Shown piece after piece: positions 45,861 through 54,198 of a DNA stretch of 64,000 nt. Made by a program: the position numbers and the translations under genes. The notes beneath the pieces are model-generated. The model was not told where the DNA came from and did no database searches. It saw only the letters and a list, made by a program, of their open reading frames with translations. Origin of the DNA: Solirubrobacterales bacterium (lineage in GTDB: Bacteria; Actinomycetota; Thermoleophilia; Solirubrobacterales; Solirubrobacteraceae); NCBI GenBank assembly GCA_038276395.1, contig JBBQAA010000044.1, positions 187 through 64,186 of the forward strand, given 5' to 3'. How positions within the stretch are numbered: the first letter of the stretch is position 1; each line of letters opens with the position of its first letter.

Positions 45861-46537
45861 GCCGGCGCCCCCTCCCGGCTCGCGGCCCGCTCGAACCAGG
45901 CGGCGAGCTCGTCCGTCCCCTCCCCGGTGCGCGCGCTCACGAGCATGTGCGGGACGCCGGGGTGCACCGCGTCCAGGTGGTAGAGGAACTTCTCGACGTC
46001 GTAGTCGAGGTGGGGCAGGAGGTCTGACTTGTTGAGCACGACGAGCTCGCACGCGCGGAACATCAGCGGGTACTTCGCGGGCTTGTCCTCCCCCTCGGTG
46101 ACCGAGGAGACCATGATCCGGCGGTCCTCCCCGATGCGGAACTCGGCCGGGCAGACGAGGTTGCCGACGTTCTCCACGACGAGCAGATCGATGTCGGAGA
46201 GCGGGAGGTCGGGGATCGCCGAGCGCACCATGTTGGCGTCGAGGTGGCACTCGCCGCCGAAGCCGTTCTCGGTGTTGAGCTGGACGACGGGGACGTGCAC
46301 GGCGGCGAGCCGGTCGGCGTCCATCGAGCCCTGCACGTCGCCCTCGAGCACGCCCGGGCGCACGCCCTGCAGGCGGGGCAGCACGCGCTCGAGCAGCGTC
46401 GTCTTGCCCGCCCCCGGGGCGCTCATGACGTTCACGACGGCCACATCGTGGCGGTCGAAGTCGGCCCGGTTGGCCTCCGCGATCGTCGTGTTGGCGTCGA
46501 GCGCGTCCTCCAGGACCTTGACCTTCACGCGATGCAT
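45857..46537 (-). CDS. hypB: Hydrogenase nickel-incorporation GTPase HypB
   Basis: P-loop SAPGAGKTTLLE, the CHLDA metal site, and NKSDLL. Confidence 0.95.
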   Translation of the reverse strand: MHRVKVKVLEDALDANTTIAEANRADFDRHDVAVVNVMSAPGAGKTTLLERVLPRLQGVRPGVLEGDVQGSMDADRLAAVHVPVVQLNTENGFGGECHLDANMVRSAIPDLPLSDIDLLVVENVGNLVCPAEFRIGEDRRIMVSSVTEGEDKPAKYPLMFRACELVVLNKSDLLPHLDYDVEKFLYHLDAVHPGVPHMLVSARTGEGTDELAAWFERAASREGAPA

Positions 46538-46553
46538 GGCGCTTCTCTCTCGG

Positions 46554-46682
46554 TCACATGTCCCTCACCTTCAGATAGCGGCGGAGCTCGGGCAGCTGCG
46601 CGGCCACACCGGCGGCCACGGCGGCGACGAGCGCGGCCAGGGCGAGCAGCTGTGCGGCGGGGGTGATGCGGATGTCGCTCAT
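46554..46682 (-). CDS. 42-aa single-TM micro-protein (MSDIRITPAAQLLALAALVAAVAAGVAAQLPELRRYLKVRDM)
   Basis: It is below the ORF-track length cutoff. Its ATG overlaps the upstream TGA (ATGA at 46679-46682). Third-position GC is high. It ends 16 nt before hypB. Confidence 0.5.
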   Translation of the reverse strand: MSDIRITPAAQLLALAALVAAVAAGVAAQLPELRRYLKVRDM

Positions 46683-47506
46683 GGGGCGGTCTCCTCTCCT
46701 GCGGTTGACGGTACGAGATCCTCGAGCACGCTCTCCACGAGCCTCACGGCTTCGTCGAGAGCGGCCGCCACGGGCGGGCTGAGCTCGACCAGCGGATCGG
46801 CGGCCTCGATGTCGGGGACGGTCTGCGGCTCGCAGCCGACGACGAGCGTGCGCCGCTCCGGGGCGCCGAGCCTGCGGGCCAGGAGCAGGACGCTCACGGG
46901 GTTCATGGCGTGGGCCTCGACGGCGACCGCGCCCTCCTCGATCTCGGGCTCGATCACGTAGAGCGTCCCCGGCGGCTCGCCGCGGGGCACAGCGTCGAGC
47001 AGCACCGCGGCGTCCCAGTCGCCGCCCGCCAGGTCGTAGGCCAGGTCCATCCCGCGGATGCCGTAGTCGACGACCTCGACGCCGGCGGGCAGCGGGTGCT
47101 TGGCGAGGCGCCGCGCGAGCTCCGGGCCGAAGCCGTCGTCGCCGAGGAAGATGTTCCCGATGCCGGCGAGGAGCACGCGGTTCGCCGCGGCGGCGCCCGG
47201 CGGCTGCTCGGCCAGGGGCTCGACCTCCTCGGGCGCGTAGAAGAAGCGGTGGCCGGGTTGGCGGAGCTCGCCGAGGTCACGGCCCGGGTCGTCCTCGAGC
47301 ACGACCGTGAGCAGGTGGCCGCGGCCGTCGACGTCCTCCTCGATCCCCTCGACGACGGCGACCTGCCCGGCGAGCGCGACGTCGAAGATGTCCTTGTGGT
47401 CGCGCGGGCGGAGCACCACCCGGGAGCCCCGGCCGATGGCCATCCCGCCGACCTCGATCGTGCGCGGGGCGCGGCCGCCGAGCGTGGCCCAGCCGTCGGC
47501 GCTCAC
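46679..47506 (-). CDS. Hydrogenase maturation endopeptidase (HybD/HupD-like) with an about 100-aa N-terminal extra domain
   Basis: The C-terminal 170 aa read VLLAGIGNIFLGDDGFG......DYG.......L........LDAV...G.PG......HA, the protease pattern. The N-terminal part is unassigned. Confidence 0.8.
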   Translation of the reverse strand: MSADGWATLGGRAPRTIEVGGMAIGRGSRVVLRPRDHKDIFDVALAGQVAVVEGIEEDVDGRGHLLTVVLEDDPGRDLGELRQPGHRFFYAPEEVEPLAEQPPGAAAANRVLLAGIGNIFLGDDGFGPELARRLAKHPLPAGVEVVDYGIRGMDLAYDLAGGDWDAAVLLDAVPRGEPPGTLYVIEPEIEEGAVAVEAHAMNPVSVLLLARRLGAPERRTLVVGCEPQTVPDIEAADPLVELSPPVAAALDEAVRLVESVLEDLVPSTAGEETAP

Positions 47507-48492
47507 GAGGCGCGCACCTGGAGGTCGCGGATCGCGCCGTTCAGGCGCAGGAGCTCGTCGTTCGTGAGCGCCTCCGTGCGCTCGAGGATCTCCCGCGCCC
47601 GCGGGTCGGAGTCGCGCATGTCCCGGCGCTCCTCCTCGGTCATGGCGAGGATCGAGAGCGTCAGGAGCTGGTCGACCTCGCCACCGTCAAACAGGTCGCC
47701 GGGGCTCTCGGGCGCGATCCGCGGGTGGTCCTCGAGGATGATCGGCGAGGAGAGGACCGTGTGGCGCTCACACGACTCCCCCACGAGGACGGGCCAGGTG
47801 CGCAGGTTGCGGCACGCCTGCGCCGCCGCGCGAAGGTGCTCCGGCGGGTCGGTGAGGGAGACGAAGGCGCCGTCGCGGGCCCTGAGCACGGTGTGGGTGG
47901 AGCAGAACGTCCGCCGCATGGCCTCCGCGCGCTCCTCCCCCTCCCACTTGGTGGCGTTGGCGATCTCGACGACGAGGCGCAGCACGCCGTCCCCGGCCGG
48001 GGCGAGTGCCGCGGTGACGCTGCCGTCGAGACCCTCCCAGCGGCGGCGGACGCGCCCCTGCTTGCGTCCCTCCTCGTCGCGTAGCGCCTCGGACTCCTCT
48101 CCCGCGGCCACCGCGATCGCGGCCGATTCGGGCCGCCCGGCGCGCACCGCCGGGAGCGAGACCTCGCGCTCGCGCGCCTCGTCCCAGGGCACGTGGCGCT
48201 CGCCGGCCACCGTCAGCTCGTCCACGGGCTCGCCGCCGGCGAGCACGTCGCGGGCGACGACGTGCAGGAAGCGCACGTCGACGTCGACCTCGGTCTCAGG
48301 ACCGCCCTCGAGGAGGCACTCCGTGCGCATGCCGGCGGGATCGTCGGGATGGCGGCGCTCCCAGCCCGGCGGGTGCACGCCGCCGAAGGTCCAGCGCTGC
48401 TGGTTCTTCAGCGCCGAGCGCCGGTAGGGCCAGAGGATGTAGCCCTCGTAGAGGACGGCGTCGGCGATCGCCCGGACGGGGTCGGCGCTCAT
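47503..48492 (-). CDS. Conserved hypothetical protein of Hhy-type hydrogenase clusters (329 aa)
   Basis: Translationally coupled at both ends (ATGA and GTGA). I recognise no catalytic motif. Confidence 0.6.
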   Translation of the reverse strand: MSADPVRAIADAVLYEGYILWPYRRSALKNQQRWTFGGVHPPGWERRHPDDPAGMRTECLLEGGPETEVDVDVRFLHVVARDVLAGGEPVDELTVAGERHVPWDEAREREVSLPAVRAGRPESAAIAVAAGEESEALRDEEGRKQGRVRRRWEGLDGSVTAALAPAGDGVLRLVVEIANATKWEGEERAEAMRRTFCSTHTVLRARDGAFVSLTDPPEHLRAAAQACRNLRTWPVLVGESCERHTVLSSPIILEDHPRIAPESPGDLFDGGEVDQLLTLSILAMTEEERRDMRDSDPRAREILERTEALTNDELLRLNGAIRDLQVRAS

Positions 48493-49181
48493 GTCGAGCG
48501 GTCCCGCTCGCGGGCGGTGAGGAGCGCGTCGAGCGTGGCGTCCCAGCTCGCCAGGGTGTTGGCCGCGCGGTAGGCGCGCAGGCGCTCGAACACGTCGGCG
48601 CCGACCCGCAGCCAAGCGCTCCCCGCGAAGTGCATGTCCATCGCCTCGCGCCAGACGGCGACCGGCATCCGGTAGGCGGCCTCGCTCGTCCAGGGGATGA
48701 GCGCCGCCCGCATGCTCCCAGCCGGGTCGTCGTAGAAGATCGTCCCGTTGAACGTGAGCTCGAGCGGCGCCTCTCCTCCCTCGAGCCCGTAGAGGTACTT
48801 CGCGGCCGAGACCTCGAAGTCGTAGGTGCACGGGACCGCGAGCTCGACCTCGGTGGCGTCCGCGAAGGCGGGCACGACGACGCTCTGCCGGGTCCACAGC
48901 AGGCTCTGGAGGTTCCGCCCCCAGTCCTCCGGGGCGCCGAAGAGCTCGACGAGACGGACCCGCTCGGCGTCGTCGTAGGCCCGGCGGGCGGCGGCGATCC
49001 GGATCTGCGCGTGCAGGGAGATCGAGCGGATCGGCCCGCCGCCCACCCGCTCCACGCGCAGGCGGAAGGCCACCGTCGGCCCCGCCGCGAAGCGCACGGC
49101 CTCGGCTCCGAGGATGGAGAACGCCAGCGCCGGCGCGCTGTCGGGCGCCGCGAGCGGCGCGGTGGCGGGCCCGAGGCTCAC
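48489..49181 (-). CDS. Conserved hypothetical protein of Hhy-type clusters (possibly DUF6084)
   Basis: 230 aa, coupled to its neighbours. The DUF number is from memory and unverified. Confidence 0.6.
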   Translation of the reverse strand: MSLGPATAPLAAPDSAPALAFSILGAEAVRFAAGPTVAFRLRVERVGGGPIRSISLHAQIRIAAARRAYDDAERVRLVELFGAPEDWGRNLQSLLWTRQSVVVPAFADATEVELAVPCTYDFEVSAAKYLYGLEGGEAPLELTFNGTIFYDDPAGSMRAALIPWTSEAAYRMPVAVWREAMDMHFAGSAWLRVGADVFERLRAYRAANTLASWDATLDALLTARERDRST

Positions 49182-49394
49182 CTACGCCGGCGACAGGTTG
49201 GGCATCGAGGGGTCGATCGGCTCGTGCGCCTTGGCGTTAACGCCGGTCGAGCGCTCGGCCGTCGACTTCCCGCCCGGCTTGTGCCCGACCTGCTTCTCGT
49301 AGTTGCCCTTGGTGTTGCCCGACTTGTTCCCGGCCACGTGGGTCGGGGCGTCGTGCTCGACGTCGGCCTTGCCCTGCTTCAGGTAGTCCGTCAC
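49182..49394 (-). CDS. 70-aa hydrophilic Lys/Gly/His-rich protein, probably disordered
   Basis: VTDYLKQGKADVEHDAPTHVAGNKSGNTKGNYEKQVGHKPGGKSTAERSTGVNAKAHEPIDPSMPNLSPA. GTGA overlap upstream. Its stop abuts the next start. Confidence 0.5.
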   Translation of the reverse strand: MTDYLKQGKADVEHDAPTHVAGNKSGNTKGNYEKQVGHKPGGKSTAERSTGVNAKAHEPIDPSMPNLSPA

Positions 49395-50083
49395 GGCTCT
49401 TCCCTTCCGCGCCCGCGTGCGGGCGTCGCTCGCTCGTTCAACGACAAAAAGAATCGGTCGATCTCCTCCCAGACCTCCGCCCCGCCGCTCAGGCCATGCC
49501 AGCGGGTGCGCATGAGCCCGACGAGGGCGTAGCACTCGTCGAGGCCGACGAGCCAGTGCTCGCGGGCGCCGCGCGCGCGGTTGACGAGCAGGGCCTCGAC
49601 GTCCTGCTCCAGCTCCGCGAGCACGGGGTTCGCGGCCACGAGCGCCGCCCAGGTGCCGAGCTCGAGCTGGGACTCCGTGGCACCCATCGGGCCCGGGTAG
49701 AAGGCGACGACGCGACCGGCGGGCGTGGCGTGGAAGAAGAAGGACATGTCGACGGGGATGGCCAGCGAGGCCCAGGCGAGGTCGTCCATGACGAAGCCAT
49801 CGAGGCGCAGCCGCCGGTCGGGGATGAGCCGGAAGTGCCCGCCGCCCGCCTCCTTGCGGTCGAAGAGGATGCGGCAGGCCTGACAGGTGCACTTCAGCTC
49901 GCGGCTCTCCACGTCGACGAGGTGGCGGTGCTCCGGCGGGAGGAGCTCCCCGCACAGGTCGCAGCGCTCCTCGGCCGCAGGGGTGGGAGCGCCCGCCGGG
50001 ACCTCCGCCGGAGACGGCACCGCGCCGCCGCGGGCGGCGAGGCGCCGCAGGCGCGGGGAGGCGAGGCCGCCGGGGGCGGGCAT
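49391..50083 (-). CDS. Conserved hypothetical Cys-motif protein of Hhy clusters (possibly DUF5947)
   Basis: ERCDLCGE...KCTCQACRILF is a four-Cys motif, followed by a conserved domain. The DUF number is from memory. Confidence 0.6.
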   Translation of the reverse strand: MPAPGGLASPRLRRLAARGGAVPSPAEVPAGAPTPAAEERCDLCGELLPPEHRHLVDVESRELKCTCQACRILFDRKEAGGGHFRLIPDRRLRLDGFVMDDLAWASLAIPVDMSFFFHATPAGRVVAFYPGPMGATESQLELGTWAALVAANPVLAELEQDVEALLVNRARGAREHWLVGLDECYALVGLMRTRWHGLSGGAEVWEEIDRFFLSLNERATPARGRGREEP

Positions 50084-50087
50084 GGAG

Positions 50088-50963
50088 CTAGGCCGCCGCC
50101 CCCGCGGCGACCTTCACGAGCCCGGCCTCGCTCTCGAGGAGCGGCACCGGCTCGAGGTAGAGCTGGGGGAGGTCGAGCCCCCGCCCGGCGCGGCGCGCGT
50201 CGAAGCGGGTGGCGCAGGACGGGCAGGCGAGCTCCGCGTCTGAGAGCTTCGCTCCGTCGAGAGAGGCCTCGCACGACGGGCAGCGGGCGTGGTAGGCGTA
50301 GAGGCTCGCGCCCACGCGCGCGAACAGCAGCGACTCCCCGGCGACCTCGCGGACGAGCGTGCCCCCGTGGGCGAGCTCGGGCAGGCCGCCGGCGGTCGCC
50401 CAGCCGTCCCCGGCCGGGGCGCGGGCGGGCCTCGCCGCCCCCTGGCCGTCCATGACCGTGAGCTGGATGAGCCCGGCGTCGGGCGCCGGCTCGGCGGCGC
50501 CCTCGGCCTCGATGGCCTCGACGTCGGGCGCCGCCTCGTGGATCGCCTTCTCCACGGCGAGCTTCAGGGTCATCGCCGAGGACGGGCAGCCCTCGCAGCT
50601 CCCCTGGAGCCGCAGGCGGACGACGCCTTCCTCGATCCCCGCGAGCTCGACCCCGCCGCCGTGGGAGGCGAGGTAGGGGCGGACCCCGTCGAGTGCGGTC
50701 TCGACCCGCTGCTCGAGCGGGACCGGATGCAGGCCGTGGAGCAGGAGCAGGTGGCCGACGAGGTCGTCCTCCGCCACCTCCTCGAGCACCCCCGGCGCAC
50801 TCGCCCGCACCCGCCCGGCGAGGCGCTCGAGCCCCTCGCCGTAGAGCTCGAGCAGGACCTGCGCGACCTCGGTCGCCTTCTCCCGCGCCACCGGGTCGGG
50901 GAGGGCCTCGACCTCCTCGAGCAGGCCCTCGATCCGTCCGATCAGCGTGCCGGCGTCGTCCAC
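50088..50963 (-). CDS. HhyE-like putative iron-sulfur protein: NifU C-terminal-like domain fused to a Rieske-fold-like four-Cys domain
   Basis: NifU-like V.P.L..HGG.VEL......V.L.L.GSCEGCPSS..TLK. C-terminal CPSC x18 CPSC. Start taken at GTG 50963. Confidence 0.75.
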   Translation of the reverse strand: MDDAGTLIGRIEGLLEEVEALPDPVAREKATEVAQVLLELYGEGLERLAGRVRASAPGVLEEVAEDDLVGHLLLLHGLHPVPLEQRVETALDGVRPYLASHGGGVELAGIEEGVVRLRLQGSCEGCPSSAMTLKLAVEKAIHEAAPDVEAIEAEGAAEPAPDAGLIQLTVMDGQGAARPARAPAGDGWATAGGLPELAHGGTLVREVAGESLLFARVGASLYAYHARCPSCEASLDGAKLSDAELACPSCATRFDARRAGRGLDLPQLYLEPVPLLESEAGLVKVAAGAAA

Positions 50964-50968
50964 GCCGT

Positions 50969-52756
50969 TTACCCGTGCTCCCCGAACATCGGGGAGTGCA
51001 CCTTCTTCAGCGTCTTGCCGTTGCCGAGGTACATGTGCACGCCGCAGGGCAGGCACGGGTCGAAGGAGCGGACGGCCCGCATGATGTCGATGCCGCGGAA
51101 GTCGTCCGGCCCGTTCTCCTCGAAGATCGGCTGGCCCATCACCGCGTCCTCGTAGGGCCCCGGCGTGCCGTAGGAGTCCGTTGGGCTCCCGTTCCACGGC
51201 GTCGGCGGATAGGGGTGGTAGTTGGCGATCTTCCCCTCCCGGATGACCAGGTGGTGGGAGAGCACGCCGCGCACCGCCTCGTGGAAGCCGCAGCCGATGG
51301 CCTCGTCCGGGACCTCGAAGGCCTCGAAGACCTTCGTGTTGCCCGAGCGCACCTCCTGAAGCGCCTGCTCGACGAAGTGCATCGCCATCGCCGCCGCGTA
51401 GGCCACGAAGTAGATCCGCGCGCGGTCGCGCTCGATCGCATTCGACCACTTGGGGATCTCCCACTCGAGGGTCTGCTCCTCGGTGTTCGGCGTCGCCGGC
51501 AGGTTGATGAGGACGCTGTGCCCGGTCGACTTGACGTAGGGCGTGTCGACCTTGCCGGCCAGCGCCGTGGCCCACAGCCGGGCGAGCGCGCCGCCGCCGG
51601 TGTCGAGCGCGAGGTAGTCCCCCGTGCGCTTGTCGTACCAGCGCGGGCTCATGACCCAGGAGTAGTTCCCGCCGTCGAGCTCGCGCTTCTGCGGGCGCGG
51701 CAGCGTCGTCTGGTTCCACGGGTGGCGCTTGTCCACCGGGTTCCCGAGCGGGTCCTTGGGGACGAAGGTCTCCTCGTTCTGCCAGTCCTCGTAGTAGGAG
51801 GAGCCGAGCAGGATGCGGATCCCGAGGTTGATCTCGACGAGGTTCGTGGTCACGAGCTCGCCGTCGACGATGACGCCGGGGGTGACGAACATCTCGTTGC
51901 CCCAGCTCTCCATGTTGCGGTAGTCGTAGTCGACGTGCTCGGGGTTGTTGAACGCCCCCCAGCAGCCGAGCAGGATGCGCCGCCGCCCGACCTCCTCGTA
52001 GCCCGGCAGGGCCTCGTAGAAGAAGTCGAACACGTCGTCGTTCATCGCCACGGCCTTCTTGATGAAGTCGAAGCAGCGCAGCAGGCGGGCCAGGTAGTCG
52101 GTGAACAGCGTGGGCGTGGCCACCGTCCCCACGCCGCCGGGGTAGACCGTGGACGGGTGCACGTGGCGCCCCTCCATGAGGCAGATCATCTCGCGCCCGA
52201 TCCGGCTCATCTGGAGGGCTTCCTTGTACGTCTCCCCCACGAACGGGTTGTAGGAGCGCATGATGTCGGCGATCGTCTTGTAGCCGTGCGTTCCGGCGTG
52301 GGGCGCGTCGGCCTTCTCCGCCTTCGCAAGGACGCTCGGGTTCGTCGCCTTGACCATCTGCTCGCAGAAGTCCACGAACACCAGGTTGTCCTGGAAGATG
52401 ATGTGGTCGAAGATGTACTCCGCCGCCTCGCCGAGGTTGATGATCCACTCGCCGAGCGCCGGCGTCTTGACGCCGTAGGCCATGTTCTGCGCGTAGACCG
52501 AGCAGACGGCGTGGTTGTCGCCGCAGATCCCGCAGATGCGGCTCGTGATGAAGTGGGAGTCCCGCGGGTCCTTCCCCTTCATGAAGACGCTGTAGCCGCG
52601 GAACAGCGACGACGTCGCCTTGCACGACATGACCTCGGAGTTGTCGAAGTCGATCTTCGTGTAGATGCCGAGGTTGCCGACGATCCGCGTGATCGGATCC
52701 CACGACATGTCGACGATGTTGCCGCTCTCCGGCTTGACCTTCTCGCGTGTGGCCAT
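50969..52756 (-). CDS. hhyL: [NiFe]-hydrogenase large subunit, group 1h (Hhy, high-affinity type)
   Basis: N-terminal TSRICGICGDNH and C-terminal SFDPCLPCGVHMY metal-binding motifs. 595 aa. Good SD (AAGGAGAGAG). Confidence 0.95.
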   Translation of the reverse strand: MATREKVKPESGNIVDMSWDPITRIVGNLGIYTKIDFDNSEVMSCKATSSLFRGYSVFMKGKDPRDSHFITSRICGICGDNHAVCSVYAQNMAYGVKTPALGEWIINLGEAAEYIFDHIIFQDNLVFVDFCEQMVKATNPSVLAKAEKADAPHAGTHGYKTIADIMRSYNPFVGETYKEALQMSRIGREMICLMEGRHVHPSTVYPGGVGTVATPTLFTDYLARLLRCFDFIKKAVAMNDDVFDFFYEALPGYEEVGRRRILLGCWGAFNNPEHVDYDYRNMESWGNEMFVTPGVIVDGELVTTNLVEINLGIRILLGSSYYEDWQNEETFVPKDPLGNPVDKRHPWNQTTLPRPQKRELDGGNYSWVMSPRWYDKRTGDYLALDTGGGALARLWATALAGKVDTPYVKSTGHSVLINLPATPNTEEQTLEWEIPKWSNAIERDRARIYFVAYAAAMAMHFVEQALQEVRSGNTKVFEAFEVPDEAIGCGFHEAVRGVLSHHLVIREGKIANYHPYPPTPWNGSPTDSYGTPGPYEDAVMGQPIFEENGPDDFRGIDIMRAVRSFDPCLPCGVHMYLGNGKTLKKVHSPMFGEHG

Positions 52757-52777
52757 TTCTCTCTCCTTGCTCTCAGG

Positions 52778-53830
52778 TCAGCCGCGGCGGTTGCCCCAGC
52801 GGGTGTCGGCACCCGTCGTGAGCTCGTTTCGGTTGTGACGCCACTTGGGCTCTTTGTTCATCGTCTTGTTGGTGATCCCCCGCAGCTTGCGGATGACCGG
52901 GCCGTAGGTCCCCGCCATCGCCGAGGAGATCGTCCCGCCGGGGGGCGCGTCCATGAAGGGCATGAACTTGTCGGGGAAGCCCGGCATCGTGCAGCCGATG
53001 CAGATCCCGCCCACGTTCGGGCAGCCACCGATGCCGGCCATCCAGCCCCGCTTCGGCACGTTGCAGTTGACGACCGGGCCCCAGCACCCGATCTTCACCT
53101 GGCACTTCGGCGAGTTGTAGTCCTTGGCGAAGTCGCCCTGCTCGTAGTAGCCCGCGCGGTCACAGCCCTCGTGCACGGTCTTCCCGAAGATCCACTGGGG
53201 GCGGAGCGCCTCGTCGAGGGGGATCGTCGGCGCGAGGCCGGCCGCCTGGTAGAGCAGCCAGACGAGCGTCTCCATGAAGTTCTCCGGCTGCACGGGGCAG
53301 CCGGGGACGTTGACGATCGGGAGGCCGCCGGCGGAGCGGAAGTCCCAGCCCAGGTAGTCGGCCAGGCCCATGCAGCCGGTCGGGTTGCCGGCCATGGCAT
53401 GGATGCCGCCGTAGGTCGCGCAGGTGCCGATGGCGACGACGCCCCACGCCTTGGGCGCGAGCCGGTCGAGCCACCAGTTGAGCGTCAGCGGCTCGCCGGT
53501 GGCGAGGTCGTTGCCGAACGAGGTCCAGTATCCCTCGCCGTTGATGTTCTCGTTGGGGATCGAGCCCTCGATGACGAGCACGAAGGGGAGCTCGTTCGTC
53601 CCCTCCGCCGCGGCCCGGAAGGGGGCGAGGAACTCCTCGCCGCCTTGCGTCGGCGAGAGCACCTTGTTGTGGAGGTTGACCTTGGGCAGGCCGGGGATCG
53701 CCCCCAGCAGCACATCCTCGATGCTCGGCTGGCCGGCGGCGGTGATCGAAATCGTGTCGCCGTCGCAGCTCATCCCCTCCGAGATCCACAGGATGTCAAC
53801 CTCGTCGACGCCGCTGGCCGTTGCGCTCAT
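52778..53830 (-). CDS. hhyS: [NiFe]-hydrogenase small subunit, group 1h, no Tat signal
   Basis: It starts MSATASGVDEVDILWISEGMSCDGD (Asp-containing proximal-cluster motif) and carries further Cys clusters GTCATYGG, GCPVQP and CIGC. The ORF-track start at 53977 is rejected. The chosen start has a GGAGG SD and an ATGA overlap with hypA. Confidence 0.9.
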   Translation of the reverse strand: MSATASGVDEVDILWISEGMSCDGDTISITAAGQPSIEDVLLGAIPGLPKVNLHNKVLSPTQGGEEFLAPFRAAAEGTNELPFVLVIEGSIPNENINGEGYWTSFGNDLATGEPLTLNWWLDRLAPKAWGVVAIGTCATYGGIHAMAGNPTGCMGLADYLGWDFRSAGGLPIVNVPGCPVQPENFMETLVWLLYQAAGLAPTIPLDEALRPQWIFGKTVHEGCDRAGYYEQGDFAKDYNSPKCQVKIGCWGPVVNCNVPKRGWMAGIGGCPNVGGICIGCTMPGFPDKFMPFMDAPPGGTISSAMAGTYGPVIRKLRGITNKTMNKEPKWRHNRNELTTGADTRWGNRRG

Positions 53831-54198
53831 CTCATGCCTCCACTCACCATCGGTTGGGGCTCGAGCTCGTCCAGCTCGAGCGATTCGACCAGGAGCTCCT
53901 CGCCCCGGGTCACCTCTACGTCCAGGCCTCCGCACGCCCCGCAGACGAGGGGGAAGCCCGGCAGGCTCCCCTCCCACCCGCAGCGCTCACAGCGCCCTCC
54001 CGCCTCCACGATCCGCAGCTCCAGCTCCGCCCCCGCCAGCGGCGTGTCCATGCTCACGAGCTCGAAGGAGAAAGCGAGCGAGTCGGGCACGACCTGCCGC
54101 AGGTGCCCGACCGCGACCTCGATCTTCGCCACCCGCCGGCCGTCCGCGTGCCGCAGGGCGACCTGCGCGATGGCCTCGGCGATGGCGAGCTCGTGCAT
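53827..54198 (-). CDS. hypA: Hydrogenase nickel-insertion protein HypA
   Basis: MHE N-terminus, and zinc motifs CERCG and CGACG. Confidence 0.9.
   Translation of the reverse strand: MHELAIAEAIAQVALRHADGRRVAKIEVAVGHLRQVVPDSLAFSFELVSMDTPLAGAELELRIVEAGGRCERCGWEGSLPGFPLVCGACGGLDVEVTRGEELLVESLELDELEPQPMVSGGMR

Noticed and set aside
52778-53977. Longer 399-aa version of the hydrogenase small subunit that might provide a Tat signal.
   Set aside because: The extra 49 residues are Arg/Gly/Pro-rich and overlap hypA. The internal ATG at 53830 has a GGAGG SD and an ATGA overlap with the hypA stop. Group 1h small subunits are known to lack Tat signals.
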